DNA of 64,000 nucleotides from Alkalispirochaeta sp. (GCA_965601925.1 OZ271854.1:800001-864000), one strand, 5' to 3'. Positions 49,778-60,012 are shown, numbered from the stretch's first letter. Notes: a model not told the origin generated them from the sequence alone. Numbers and translations are program-made.

Positions 49778-49886
49778 AGGGACCTCTCTCTCCGACTCCC
49801 GATATGTCGTTGGGAACGGATCATCTGTTTGCGGTATGTGCTATTTAAACACGGCCGAGAAAAAGCGGCAACAGAAAGATGCGAAC

Positions 49887-50780
49887 CTACGCCGCATAGT
49901 GGTGCTTGAGCCGTTCGACGAACGAGGAAAGCTCGCTCGATAGGGGACGTCGGGAAACGGCGATGCCCGTCTCCAGGCGCGGAAGTCCGGGCACCTCCAG
50001 GAGCGAGACGGTGGAGCTCCCCTCGGCCATCGCCTTGGGCACCACCGAATACCCCAGTCCCGCTTCGGCCATCATGAACCTGCTCGCAAACCCTTCACTC
50101 TCGTGGATGATAAAAAAGGAATCCAGATGTTTGCTCAGCGCCTCGTAGATTGCGGCGTACAGCGTCGGACCGCTGTCGTAGGGAAACATGATCACCGGTA
50201 GGCCATCTCGACCGGCCTCTCCGCCGCACCGCCCCGACCGTGGGCCCGCGAGTACCAGCGGCTCACTGTACAGCGCTTCCACGCTGAGGCCGTCGCGACT
50301 CACGGGAAGGTGCACAAGGGCGGTGTCGATGCGTCCTTCTACCAACAGACGCAACAACCCCTCGGTACATTCCGTCTCCAAAAAAATCGAAAGATTGGGC
50401 TCACGACGGCGTATGGTAGTGAGAAAACGGCGAAATCCCGCGTTCGCGACGATCTCGGTGACGCCGAGACGCACGACTTTGGCGTCCCACGTCCGTTGCT
50501 GCACGGCACGCGTAGCGTCGTCGGCGGCACGTAAGATGGACCACGCATAGGGAAGAAACTGCTTACCCGCCGCAGATAGCGCCGTCCCGCGTCCATTACG
50601 GTGAAAGAGACGTACGGACAGGCCCTCTTCCAGGTCGCGTATCTGCTTTGTCAGAGCTGGCTGAGCGAGATAGAGGCGCTCGGCCGCGGCGTGAAAGTTG
50701 AGCGTCTCGGCCAAAACGACGAACGATCGCACATGGCGCAGCTCGAAGGGAAACTGTCTCGTGGACGGTCGGTCTTGCAT
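49887..50780 (-). CDS. LysR family transcriptional regulator
   Basis: 'NFHAAAERLYLAQPALTKQIRDLE' HTH. Confidence 0.92.
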   Translation of the reverse strand: MQDRPSTRQFPFELRHVRSFVVLAETLNFHAAAERLYLAQPALTKQIRDLEEGLSVRLFHRNGRGTALSAAGKQFLPYAWSILRAADDATRAVQQRTWDAKVVRLGVTEIVANAGFRRFLTTIRRREPNLSIFLETECTEGLLRLLVEGRIDTALVHLPVSRDGLSVEALYSEPLVLAGPRSGRCGGEAGRDGLPVIMFPYDSGPTLYAAIYEALSKHLDSFFIIHESEGFASRFMMAEAGLGYSVVPKAMAEGSSTVSLLEVPGLPRLETGIAVSRRPLSSELSSFVERLKHHYAA

Positions 50781-50892
50781 ACTACGAGGGTACCATCACC
50801 CCATAACGCGCCATTGTCAACTCCGCGGCCGGAGTCGGCTCGCCGCACCCCTCGTCCCATTCACGTCGCCGCAAGGCCGTATCGGCGCCTCA

Positions 50893-51582
50893 TCACCACG
50901 GAAGCGGCTTTCCGTCCCGGAAGAATCCACCCGTCGGACCGTCGTCGGATACGGTAACCGCCCACACGACGCTCGCCGCGCCGTCGGTCACCGGTCGACC
51001 TCCGGAGCCGCCCATGTCGGTTGCGACCCACCCGGGGCAGATCGAGTTGACGAGAATGCCGTCGCTTTTCAGATCGGCGGCGAGTTGGCGCGTGAACGCG
51101 TTGAGGGCAGCCTTCGTCATACTGTAGACGGGCGCGCCCCCGCTCATTCCGGCGAGCGAGCCCGCCTCGCTGGAGACGTTGACGATGCGTCCGCGGGAGC
51201 TCTTGCGCACCAACGGTACGAATGCGCGAGCCATACGCCATGGTCCGTAGACGTTGGTCTCCACGGCGCGCCGCATCCTATCCAGGTCGACGGTGGAGGC
51301 GCGTTGGTCCATGTCGTAGTCGATCCCGGCGTTGTTGACCAACACGTCGAGCACTCCGTATTCCGATTCGATCCACTTCCGAAGCGCCTCGACGCTCGAT
51401 GGATCGGTAACGTCGAGGCGTCGGGGAATCACACGCTCGTGATCCATACCCGTGGCGGCGCGACGGCCCTTCTTCTCGTCTCGCGCTCCGAGTACGACCG
51501 TGTAGCCCAGTGCCGCCAACTGCCGCACGACCTCAAGGCCGATTCCTCGGTTGGCGCCGGTTACTACTGCAATACCGTTCAA
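50893..51582 (-). CDS. SDR family oxidoreductase (carbonyl-reductase-like)
   Basis: TGANRGIG, NNAG, YSMTK, CPGWVATDMGG; TTG start with AGGAGGAG RBS. Confidence 0.92.
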   Translation of the reverse strand: MNGIAVVTGANRGIGLEVVRQLAALGYTVVLGARDEKKGRRAATGMDHERVIPRRLDVTDPSSVEALRKWIESEYGVLDVLVNNAGIDYDMDQRASTVDLDRMRRAVETNVYGPWRMARAFVPLVRKSSRGRIVNVSSEAGSLAGMSGGAPVYSMTKAALNAFTRQLAADLKSDGILVNSICPGWVATDMGGSGGRPVTDGAASVVWAVTVSDDGPTGGFFRDGKPLPW

Positions 51583-51643
51583 TGTACTCCTCCTCGCGGC
51601 CCGCCCTCTCCCGACCCATTCCGGCGACGCCGAGCCCGTCGCA

Positions 51644-52294
51644 CTACCGTTGCCCGTGGACGAGCGCCTTCAGCGCGGTTGCATCCAGCTCCAGGGTGTA
51701 GAGCTCCCGGTTGGGCTGCATCACCCCGGTACGATCCAAACCTCCAACGTCCACGGCGGCGAAACCGATGTCGGTCAACAGCGCCTCAACGACCTCTCGC
51801 GCCGAACCGTCGTCGGCGGCAAAGGGGATCGCCAGCCGGCCCGGACCCGATTCAAACGCGCGGTCGCGGAGCGTCTTGAAGTAGATCGTATTGAACACCT
51901 TCGCAACCGAAGCGCCGGAAAAGTAATGCGCAACCCATTCGGTCTCCGAGAGACCGCGCTCCTCCATCTCTCGCCCCGGCCGATCACCGTCCCGCCCGGG
52001 ATAGTAGTTACCGGCGTCCAAGAGTACCTTTCCCGCGAGCGGACCGATCAGGTTCGCCGTATCGGGAACCAAACCGAAGGGAATTGCCAGGAGTATAACC
52101 TCGCCGACCGCGGCGGCATTCTCGACAGTGTCCGCACGAGCGTCCGGTCCCGCCTCGGACACGAGTCCGCCCAAACGCTCGGGATGACGGGAGCTGAACA
52201 CGACGCGATGACCGGCCCGAGCGAAATGTACGCCGACGGTACCGCCGATATTGCCTGAGCCGATCACGCCGATGGTGTAGGGGCTACGCTCCAT
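51644..52294 (-). CDS. NADPH-dependent F420 reductase family oxidoreductase
   Basis: IGSGNIG, 'DAGN', 'KVFNTI'. Confidence 0.88.
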   Translation of the reverse strand: MERSPYTIGVIGSGNIGGTVGVHFARAGHRVVFSSRHPERLGGLVSEAGPDARADTVENAAAVGEVILLAIPFGLVPDTANLIGPLAGKVLLDAGNYYPGRDGDRPGREMEERGLSETEWVAHYFSGASVAKVFNTIYFKTLRDRAFESGPGRLAIPFAADDGSAREVVEALLTDIGFAAVDVGGLDRTGVMQPNRELYTLELDATALKALVHGQR

Positions 52295-52476
52295 ATGTTA
52301 CTCCTTGTTCCTCTGAAGGGGATGCGTCGCCGGTACACGGGAACGACGGGCCGCCTCACCGACGGCCTCGGTAAAGGTACGACGATCCACACGGAGACGA
52401 CAAACGGAGATTAGAGGGACGCCGTCGAAGGTCCGATGCCGGAGCGCTTCGTCGGCGACGACGCTTTCGTGCCCAC

Positions 52477-52887
52477 CTACCGCAGGTCCCACGCGACGAT
52501 GAGACCGTCTCGAACGGTGAAATAATAGTTCGCTTGACCGTTCCAACCGGTCGAGCGGAATCGACCGGCGAGTCGGACGTCGTCTCCATCTTCGGCGAGC
52601 TCGTACTCCTCGATTCGGCCGGCGACGTCGAAGATGTCGGTACTCCACCAGCTATCGAGGCGAGTGTGACTGAGGCACGATCCGCCGTAGCCGATACACG
52701 CGTCGTCCGAGACCAGCGCGAGAGCGGCATCGCGATCACCGCTGTTGATCGCCTCGACAAACTGCATCACGACCGAAACGGTAGGACTCGACTGAGCCGC
52801 ATCGGTCGTTTGAGACGTGACGACGCTCGACACGCCTAGAAAGAAGACCACTATACACAGTGCACGGCTTCTCAATGTAGTTTTCAA
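52477..52887 (-). CDS. secreted SnoaL/NTF2-like protein
   Basis: Signal peptide; 'FVEAINSGD', 'FTVRDGLI'. Confidence 0.75.
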   Translation of the reverse strand: MKTTLRSRALCIVVFFLGVSSVVTSQTTDAAQSSPTVSVVMQFVEAINSGDRDAALALVSDDACIGYGGSCLSHTRLDSWWSTDIFDVAGRIEEYELAEDGDDVRLAGRFRSTGWNGQANYYFTVRDGLIVAWDLR

Positions 52888-53050
52888 AACAATACCTCCT
52901 GGGACGGGAGTGGCTTATACTCACGCTCGATCGTGTCGATGCGGCGTTTCGACGGATACGGGCTCGAACCCGCCGCCTGCGCCCGTGCAGACGATGATAA
53001 CCGTACGACTCGCCGTCGGTCGAGAACGGCGACCATCATGCTTGTGCACG

Positions 53051-53614
53051 CTACGGCGTGACGGGGACGTACGTTCGTACCACGTCGTTGCCGCGCATGT
53101 AGGTGGCGACGAACGTCATGCCGGTTACCATCCACCGACCGTCGATTCGCTCCAAAGTGTGCGTATAGTCACCCCACACCTCCCACAGATCGTCGGGCGC
53201 CTCGCTCGGGAGGTGGTTGAACGCGTAGCCCTTGGAGAAGACCTCCGCCGTAACGCCGTCGATCGTGACGCGATGGTTGCCGTACATGTGGTAACTCGGT
53301 TTGCCGTCGAACAGCGCAATACTCCAGCCCGCCGCAAGATCGCGCGACGCCATTGTACCCGGTCGGCCGCCGGCCAACGAGGTGAAATCGACGTATATCT
53401 CCTCGGTAAAGAACGACGCGACGGCGTCCCAATCCTTCTCGTCGACGGCGATCGCGATGCCTTCGATTGCCCGCACGATTTCGTACTCGTCCACAATGTG
53501 TTGTACTACCTCGTCCCGTGTCGCCTCCCGTTCTCCGCCGGCAAACACTCCGGCGATACCGGCTACGGCGAGTAATCCCAACCCCATGGAGACCGTTCGT
53601 GTGCTGTTCTTCAT
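53051..53614 (-). CDS. secreted SnoaL/NTF2-like protein
   Basis: Signal ending AGGERE; 'AVDEKDWD..FFT', 'GDYTHTL..DGRW'. Confidence 0.8.
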   Translation of the reverse strand: MKNSTRTVSMGLGLLAVAGIAGVFAGGEREATRDEVVQHIVDEYEIVRAIEGIAIAVDEKDWDAVASFFTEEIYVDFTSLAGGRPGTMASRDLAAGWSIALFDGKPSYHMYGNHRVTIDGVTAEVFSKGYAFNHLPSEAPDDLWEVWGDYTHTLERIDGRWMVTGMTFVATYMRGNDVVRTYVPVTP

Positions 53615-53628
53615 TCGTCTCTCCGTAC

Positions 53629-54534
53629 TCACAATGTTTGTGCGAAATGGTTCGCCGCAACGGCAACCGCTTTTCCGACCTGCGGCTCTTGATCGTAGAA
53701 ATCGAACTGTGCGCCTTGCGTCCAGAAGATGTCCTTGGGACCGGCGAGGTTTGCAAAGAACTGTCGCGCACCGTCCGGGACGGCGGCGCCTTCCGAGTGA
53801 ACCACCACCGTCGGTGCATCGATGTCCGCCCCGTATCGCACGCCGTCGAACCGCAACCACTCGGGCCACGACATGACGGCGAAACGATTCGTCCACTCGG
53901 GGATCGCACCGCGCGCCGGATCGAGGTAAAAGGTGAAGGGGCCGTACATCGCAGCCGCCTCGTCGGTGTCACTGCACGCCGGCACATAGTCGACCTCACC
54001 GGTGCGCTCGTACCGCTCGCGCGCCGCCTCGCCGGCGTCGATCTTCCGCGCCACGCCGTCCGCACCTCCGTAGATCGCCTCGACGATCGGGGAGTTGTGC
54101 AGCCACGGGGCGACCAACGCGAGGGATTTGATTCGTCGATCACGCGCGGCGGTGCCGGACATGTACCCGGCGCTCGCGCAGATACCGATCGCGCCGATTC
54201 GGTCCCCATCGACAAACGGTAACGACGCGAGATAGGTGACCGCGTTACGGTTGTCCTCCATCTTCAGCGTCGGCGACTCGTACTGACGCGGCTCACCCTC
54301 ACTCTCGCCGTAGTTGCGAAAGTCGTAGTCCAGCGTGACGAACCCCGAGCGCGAAAGCCGCTCGGCGTATCGATCCGACATCTGCTCCTTTACCGACGTC
54401 CACGTACCTCCTACAACGACTCCGGGATATCCATGATGCGGATTGAAGTCCGGAGGGAGAAACAGATTTCCCTTCAGTGTAACGTCGCCGCTGGTGAACG
54501 ACGTCGAGTTTTTCCCCGACTCGAATGCACTCAC
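53629..54534 (-). CDS. alpha/beta hydrolase (YcjY-like)
   Basis: 'VKEQM', 'GESEGEPR', GICAS nucleophile. Confidence 0.88.
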   Translation of the reverse strand: MSAFESGKNSTSFTSGDVTLKGNLFLPPDFNPHHGYPGVVVGGTWTSVKEQMSDRYAERLSRSGFVTLDYDFRNYGESEGEPRQYESPTLKMEDNRNAVTYLASLPFVDGDRIGAIGICASAGYMSGTAARDRRIKSLALVAPWLHNSPIVEAIYGGADGVARKIDAGEAARERYERTGEVDYVPACSDTDEAAAMYGPFTFYLDPARGAIPEWTNRFAVMSWPEWLRFDGVRYGADIDAPTVVVHSEGAAVPDGARQFFANLAGPKDIFWTQGAQFDFYDQEPQVGKAVAVAANHFAQTL

Positions 54535-54702
54535 TACTTCGTACCTCCTCCACCGGTAGATGTTGGACAGAACCTACCGCCGCAGGCCGAGCGGGGCTTG
54601 TACATTTCTGCGGAGATGGCTGGACATTCTTGCGGTCGTGTGAGCGGAGACGCCCGAGTGGTCGTGGTCGTCTCCGCGGTGCACGCTCTTACAATGGCCG
54701 GG

Positions 54703-55689
54703 TCATGACGGCTCCTCGACAGGCTGTAGACTCGTGGACTCCGAAAGCGGGCGGGACGTGGAGGATCCCGCTCCCGAGTCGCCGGCACGCAGCCGTGCTG
54801 GCACTGCGCGGCCCGGGTCGAACGTTGCCGGAATCGGTACGCGCTCGAGCTCCCGCAGACTTCGGACACCCAGCCAGTTGCGATCGCGCCACCACCCGAG
54901 CTCGAACGTCATCAGACCGGCCAACTTCTCAAGCTGCGCGGCTCCTTCGGGCCCCCGCTTGCTCAAGATTTTTTCAATCATCCGTACCAAAAGGCGCGGA
55001 GGGTCGGGCTGACCGGCGATCGGCCCCCTGTGGAGATAATGGACCGCGTAAGTGCCCGCCATTTTCCGTTTCATGACTCGAAACATTCTTCGGTTCCAGG
55101 CCGTCGCCGGGGGAGTCCGCCCGGCGGCCAGCGTTCGCGCTACGCGCTTGGCAAGCCCCGCATATCGTGCCGTTTCAGACTCCTTGCGCGGGAAGAAGCC
55201 GGGGGTAAAGGCGCCTCGTGCGGCAACGGTTCCAAACGAGTGGGTTCCGTAGGTTGCCAGCATCTTCTCCAGGAAACGGCCGGTTGGACCGCATCCGTCA
55301 TTCCCGGTCGTGACGACCGACAGGCTGGGTTTGCCCAGAAGGGGGAAGACGTGGCACCACGTGAAGAGCCGATCGAAAAACGCCTTCATCTGGGCGGTCA
55401 CCTGGTTGGTGTAGACCGGGCTCGCCAGAACCAGCATGTCGCACTCGAGCATTGCCGATTGGATCTTTGCAAGATCATCGCCGCTGAGTGGACATGCGTG
55501 TCCGGTGGTGCAGGCCCAGCAACCCCGACACGGACGAACGTCGACGGCTCCCAGGATCACGACCTCTCGACTCAGTCGTACGCCGTGCTCCTCGACACGA
55601 TCCAAAACGTTCTCGGCGAATGCCGCGGTGTTGGAGCCCCTCTTATGCGGGCTTCCGACAATGACGAGTACTTTTATCGGTTGCTTCAT
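54703..55689 (-). CDS. flavodoxin-fold FMN reductase / iron-sulfur flavoprotein
   Basis: GSPH..SNT, CRGCWAC...C, ASPVY, 'MKAFFDR'. Confidence 0.85.
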   Translation of the reverse strand: MKQPIKVLVIVGSPHKRGSNTAAFAENVLDRVEEHGVRLSREVVILGAVDVRPCRGCWACTTGHACPLSGDDLAKIQSAMLECDMLVLASPVYTNQVTAQMKAFFDRLFTWCHVFPLLGKPSLSVVTTGNDGCGPTGRFLEKMLATYGTHSFGTVAARGAFTPGFFPRKESETARYAGLAKRVARTLAAGRTPPATAWNRRMFRVMKRKMAGTYAVHYLHRGPIAGQPDPPRLLVRMIEKILSKRGPEGAAQLEKLAGLMTFELGWWRDRNWLGVRSLRELERVPIPATFDPGRAVPARLRAGDSGAGSSTSRPLSESTSLQPVEEPS

Positions 55690-55961
55690 GGTTCGATACC
55701 TCCGCTCGGTGCCCAGATCGTGTGTCGCACCAGTCCGAGCGGACGGAGAGCAGCGACAACGCAGGCACCGAATCGGCTACCGTGCTCTCCCTCCGGGACA
55801 TCCGCGTGCGAGATGTGGACACTGAAGTCCGTCGAGACCGAAAGACTTCGGAACACGGTGACGGGAGCCGTACGACGGCTTCCGAAAAGCAACTCCAACC
55901 GGTGTTCCACCGCTCCCACCGACTCTCGCGCGGCACGGAGCTCTATGATTTCGAGCCACAT
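55686..55961 (-). CDS. small hypothetical protein, first gene of the sigma54 operon
   Basis: Start revised to MWLEIIELR because the sigma54 promoter lies inside the longer ORF; ATGA coupling to the flavodoxin gene. Confidence 0.65.
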   Translation of the reverse strand: MWLEIIELRAARESVGAVEHRLELLFGSRRTAPVTVFRSLSVSTDFSVHISHADVPEGEHGSRFGACVVAALRPLGLVRHTIWAPSGGIEP

Positions 55962-55978
55962 CTTCACATCAGGAGATA

Positions 55979-55994
55979 AGCAATCGGCGTGCCA
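55979..55994 (-). promoter_or_regulatory. sigma54 (-24/-12) promoter
   Basis: TGGCACGCCGATTGCT matches consensus TGGCACG-N4-TTGC. Confidence 0.85.
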
Positions 55995-56064
55995 GGTCAA
56001 AACCGGCGTCGAAGAGGCGGGCGGCGGGGCATCCGGCCCTATTCTCTGCTCTAAGACCTGGGCG

Positions 56065-56103
56065 ACTGCGATATTTCGCGACTGCACACTGCGATATATC
56101 GCG
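56065..56103. promoter_or_regulatory. tandem UAS-like palindromes for the sigma54 activator
   Basis: ACTGCGATATTTCGCG and ACTGCGATATATCGCG, 23-bp period, about 100-135 bp upstream of the predicted start site. Confidence 0.65.
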
Positions 56104-56124
56104 GAATCGCGCGCTCGCGTTCGA

Positions 56125-57645
56125 CTACGAGTTCCTGCCGTACGGAATCCTCAGCTTGTCCATGCGGCTCCGAAGGGTGCTGGGCTTAAGTCCGAGTATT
56201 GCGGCCGCGCCCTCTTTTCCATCGACTTGCCCTCCCGTCCTGGCGAGCACCTCGCGGATGTGGCGAACCGTCACGGTGTCCAGCCGATCGCACGCTCCTC
56301 CGCCCTCGTGAAGAGATGGGCCGGTGACGATACCGAGATGCGCAGGCTCGACGGGTCGGTTCCACGCCAGAATGAGGGCGCGTTCTATGACGTTGGCGAG
56401 CTCGCGTATGTTTCCCGGCCATCCGTATTGAGCGAGACGGTCCATCGCAGCCTCCGTCACCGCCGGTACGGAGGAGAGCTTCAGTTCCTTTGCCTTGAGG
56501 ACGAGAAAGTGTCGGACCAGAGCTGGGAGATCGATCATTCTCTCCCGTAGCGGAGGAACGTGAATCGGAAAGACACTGAGCCGAAACCAGAGATCGCTGC
56601 GGAACTCGCCGCTTGTAACCATTCCTTCGAGATTGCGATTGGTGGCCGCAAGAACCCGGATGTCCAGAGTGATCGTCTCGCTTCCGCCCACGCGCTCAAT
56701 GGTGCGATCTTGGAGGACGCGCAGAAGCTTGACTTGCGCCTGGGGAGGGAGCTCGCCGACCTCGTCGAGAAAGATGGTTCCCCCGTCGGCTCGCTCGAAC
56801 CGGCCCCGTTGTCTACTGAGGGCGCCGGTAAAGGCGCCCCTCTCGTGTCCAAACAGCTCGCTGTCCAGCAGGCTCTCGGGAATCGCGCCGCAATTGACGG
56901 ATATGAACGGACCCTCGCGTCTGGATGAGGCGGCGTGTATCGCATTGGCGATGACGTCCTTTCCGACACCGGTCTCTCCGAGAAGCAGCACCGGGCTGTC
57001 CAGGCGCGCGACGCGCATTGCCTGATCCATGACGGACTTGAGTCCGAAATCGGCGCCGACGATCGTCTCGCCTCCGTCGCGCGCGAGCTCCCCGCGAAGA
57101 TACCGATTCTCGTCGGCCAGAAGCTCCTTGAGGTGATTCACCTCGGCGTGCCGTAGTGCATTGGAGAGCGCTACGGCAAACGGCTCCCGCAGCAGACACA
57201 TCAGCTCCGCGTGGTGCTCGGTAAACGGCTCGCCCTGCGAGATCAAAACGGCGTTCCCCAACATCGCGTCCGCCGGACCCACGGGCAGGACCATCAGAGA
57301 ACGAGCCCGTTGACGGTGAAAGGTAAGGAGCTCTCGCGCCGGCGACTGGTTCTCCGGATCCGTGTACACGTACGGCCCCGGGGCGCCGTCCTGCAACCAC
57401 CGCTTCATGATCGCGCGAGCCCGGCCGTCCAGAGGCGCCAGAGTATCCGCCCCTCTCCCCGCCTCGACGTCCGCTTCCGCAATCGTCCGTACCGCAGAGA
57501 GCCCTTGGTCGTAGTACTCGACGAAGAGTTTGTCCACCGGGATGGTCGGTCTGAGGTACCGTAGAAGCTCTACCATCGCGTGGTGGATCTCGAGATTTCC
57601 GCAGATCCTCAGCGTCGCCTGACGGAAGAACTCGGCTTCATCCAT
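56125..57645 (-). CDS. sigma54-dependent activator (GAF-AAA-HTH, FhlA-like)
   Basis: GETGVGKD, ELFGHERGAFTGA, LDEVGE, WPGNIREL, C-terminal HTH. Confidence 0.95.
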   Translation of the reverse strand: MDEAEFFRQATLRICGNLEIHHAMVELLRYLRPTIPVDKLFVEYYDQGLSAVRTIAEADVEAGRGADTLAPLDGRARAIMKRWLQDGAPGPYVYTDPENQSPARELLTFHRQRARSLMVLPVGPADAMLGNAVLISQGEPFTEHHAELMCLLREPFAVALSNALRHAEVNHLKELLADENRYLRGELARDGGETIVGADFGLKSVMDQAMRVARLDSPVLLLGETGVGKDVIANAIHAASSRREGPFISVNCGAIPESLLDSELFGHERGAFTGALSRQRGRFERADGGTIFLDEVGELPPQAQVKLLRVLQDRTIERVGGSETITLDIRVLAATNRNLEGMVTSGEFRSDLWFRLSVFPIHVPPLRERMIDLPALVRHFLVLKAKELKLSSVPAVTEAAMDRLAQYGWPGNIRELANVIERALILAWNRPVEPAHLGIVTGPSLHEGGGACDRLDTVTVRHIREVLARTGGQVDGKEGAAAILGLKPSTLRSRMDKLRIPYGRNS

Positions 57646-58945
57646 ATCGATTTCCGCCCCCGTGGACGAACGCGGTCGGTACTCGTCGTCTTCTACGGCG
57701 GAGCCGTCCCGACGGCGGCCCGCCGGTCCCCGGCGCCTCTTCGGGTCGGTACCACTCGCGACTCCAGCCGCTCAGGGCGTCGAGTGCCGCCCGAGGACCT
57801 CCCGTTGCGCGGAGCTTTCGACCGAGCGCCGCCGCCCTCTCTCGATACGTCTCGCGCTTCGCAAGCACGTCGCGAAGCCACGTCGGATTAAACTCGGACA
57901 GTTCTCCCATTTCGCCGGCTCCCGTGTGCTTCAGGTGCATCGCGTTAAACCGTCGCTCGAAAACCGACCCCGGGAAGGCGATTACGGGCACGTCGTGGAT
58001 GAGGGACCGAACAATGGAGTTTTGGCCGCCGTGGCAAATCGTCCAGTCGCAGAGCGGCAGAACTCGCTCGACGGGAAGATAGGGGTGAAATTCGACCGAG
58101 GCGATTCTACGAGGTCTTCGTATCGACTGAGAAGCGACGAGGCACGTGCACTCACCACGGTCGGGAAAGACCGCCGGCAAGACGTCCTTGAGTGTCGAGA
58201 GAGGCACGGACCCGGTTCCGACGTATACGAAGACGAAACGGCGAGACCGGTCAACTTCAACATCCGTCGGGATATCGAGGTCGGCGAGAAGCGGGCCGAC
58301 GTAGCGAACGTGGGGATCGTCCGGGTCGGCGTCGTCGAGGTCCGGAACGGAAGGAACAAGCTTAAGTACGTGATTTCCGAAACAAAGATCCTCCGGCGCC
58401 ATCGACGACGCCGTTCCCCGCGTAAGCACTCGATTCGTCGCGGCTTTGAAAACCTTCCATAGGAACGACCTCCGTCCCGTGAGGACGACGGAAGAGAAGG
58501 TGCTCGCGACCGGTATCCGGAGCATGACCGCCGAGAGGAAGGCGACGGGGTTGTAGTCGGTGAGGATGACATCGGGACGAAAAGACTCGATCGCGCGCCG
58601 CTCGGCCCGCACGGCTCGAGTAAGGTACGAAACGTCGGCGTATCCCGAGAATACGAACACCATCCACATCGAGCCGATCGAACGCCCATCGGTCGCCGGT
58701 GCGGAGCTTCGTTGCGATCGCGACACGACGAGATCCGACACGGCACGAGGCAGGCCGAGAATCCGCGGCTCCGGCGCGGGAGCCACGTCGAAGCCTCGCG
58801 AAACCATGACGGTCCGTGCAGGCTCCGCGGCACTCACCAGTACGCCGTGCCCGGAGCGCCGCGCCTCTTCGGCGAGGGAAAGAACGCGCGTAAGGCCTCC
58901 CCACGTGGCGGCGGGGGGCGAAAACACCGATATGAAAATCTTCAT
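57638..58945 (-). CDS. GT-B glycosyltransferase (GT1/UDPGT-like)
   Basis: 'WGGLTR', 'ICHGGQNS', 'PVIAFP..FER'; overlaps the activator start. Confidence 0.8.
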   Translation of the reverse strand: MKIFISVFSPPAATWGGLTRVLSLAEEARRSGHGVLVSAAEPARTVMVSRGFDVAPAPEPRILGLPRAVSDLVVSRSQRSSAPATDGRSIGSMWMVFVFSGYADVSYLTRAVRAERRAIESFRPDVILTDYNPVAFLSAVMLRIPVASTFSSVVLTGRRSFLWKVFKAATNRVLTRGTASSMAPEDLCFGNHVLKLVPSVPDLDDADPDDPHVRYVGPLLADLDIPTDVEVDRSRRFVFVYVGTGSVPLSTLKDVLPAVFPDRGECTCLVASQSIRRPRRIASVEFHPYLPVERVLPLCDWTICHGGQNSIVRSLIHDVPVIAFPGSVFERRFNAMHLKHTGAGEMGELSEFNPTWLRDVLAKRETYRERAAALGRKLRATGGPRAALDALSGWSREWYRPEEAPGTGGPPSGRLRRRRRRVPTAFVHGGGNRYG

Positions 58946-58985
58946 CACCGCGCCTCCGCTCTCATCATACACCCCGTACGGGCTC

Positions 58986-59894
58986 TCAGCTATCGACGTG
59001 ACCCACGCGATCGTTGCATACCGGTAGTCGACGGTCGTCTCCCCGAGCCTCCTTCGGTACCGATACGCGTTGCGCCGTCACGACGCTTGCACACACGACG
59101 AGCATGCCCGATAGCTGAATCGGGGAGAAGGTCTGATCCAATACGACGATGCCGGCGACGACCGCCACGATGGGGCTGAGCAACACGAGCACCGATACGT
59201 GCCAAGCCTTGGGGATTCGTTCGATTCCGCGAAACCACGCGACGTAGGCGACGCCGGTGTTAAGAACCACGAGCCACGTTAATCCGATGAGGTTGCCGAA
59301 AGTGAACGCCGGTACGGAAGGCGCCGTCACGAGGGCAATTATTCCAACCACGAAGGCACCGGCGCTAAGCTGCCAACCGGTAAACGATACGAGCGACACC
59401 GGCCGCCCCCAACGTTTTGTCAGCACGACGCCGACTGCCATGGAAATCGCGGCGCCGATCGCGGAGAGAACGCCGACGGCGTCCCAACTCGAACCGGGGC
59501 CGAGGACCAACAAACCGACTCCAAGCACGCCGGTACAAGAGGCGGCCACAGCCGCCGGTGACGGTCGTTGACCGTCGAGAGGCCACGAAAGCAGGAGAAC
59601 CACGATGGGCTGTATCGCGCCGACGGTCGTTATCACTCCACCGGGGAGTCTGTACGCTGCAAAGAACAGCAGCGCAAAGAACATGCCTATGTTAAGGGTG
59701 CCGAGGACCAGACTACGCCACCACCAGACACCGTGCGGCAAGGTACGGCCCACAACCGTAAGGACCACGCCGACCGGCAGGGCTCGAAATGTTGCGGCGA
59801 GGAAGGGGTGAAACCCAGGCAAGAGCTCCGTGCTTACGACATAGGTCGTACCCCACAAAATCGGCGCCAACGAGGCCACGATAACGTTATGCAT
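58986..59894 (-). CDS. pecM: EamA/DMT transporter, PecM-like
   Basis: 'LAPILWGTTYVVSTELLP', 'AAYRLPGG'; divergent from a PecS-like MarR. Confidence 0.85.
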   Translation of the reverse strand: MHNVIVASLAPILWGTTYVVSTELLPGFHPFLAATFRALPVGVVLTVVGRTLPHGVWWWRSLVLGTLNIGMFFALLFFAAYRLPGGVITTVGAIQPIVVLLLSWPLDGQRPSPAAVAASCTGVLGVGLLVLGPGSSWDAVGVLSAIGAAISMAVGVVLTKRWGRPVSLVSFTGWQLSAGAFVVGIIALVTAPSVPAFTFGNLIGLTWLVVLNTGVAYVAWFRGIERIPKAWHVSVLVLLSPIVAVVAGIVVLDQTFSPIQLSGMLVVCASVVTAQRVSVPKEARGDDRRLPVCNDRVGHVDS

Positions 59895-59912
59895 AATACC
59901 TCCATATAAAGC

Positions 59913-59977
59913 TTCTTTATATCAAGATACTTTATATAAAGAATATAGATGACATATATCTTTGCGTCAAGATATAT
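59913..59977. promoter_or_regulatory. PecS-type operator sites
   Basis: Three CTT-N6-AAG palindromes; best is ATATATCTT-TGCGTC-AAGATATAT (59954-59977). Confidence 0.7.
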
Positions 59978-60012
59978 ACGTGAACAGTATGCGCTGTTAT
60001 ACTCGAACCATC

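Noticed and set aside
55962..56087. N-terminal 42 aa of ORF 55686..56087
   Set aside because: It overlaps the sigma54 promoter and UAS; the real start is most likely 55961.
55030..56550. Long antisense ORFs (e.g. 55030..56550 +, 14370..15734 -, 50698..51879 +, 10056..11213 -)
   Set aside because: Shadow ORFs of high-GC genes on the opposite strand, with no recognisable motifs.
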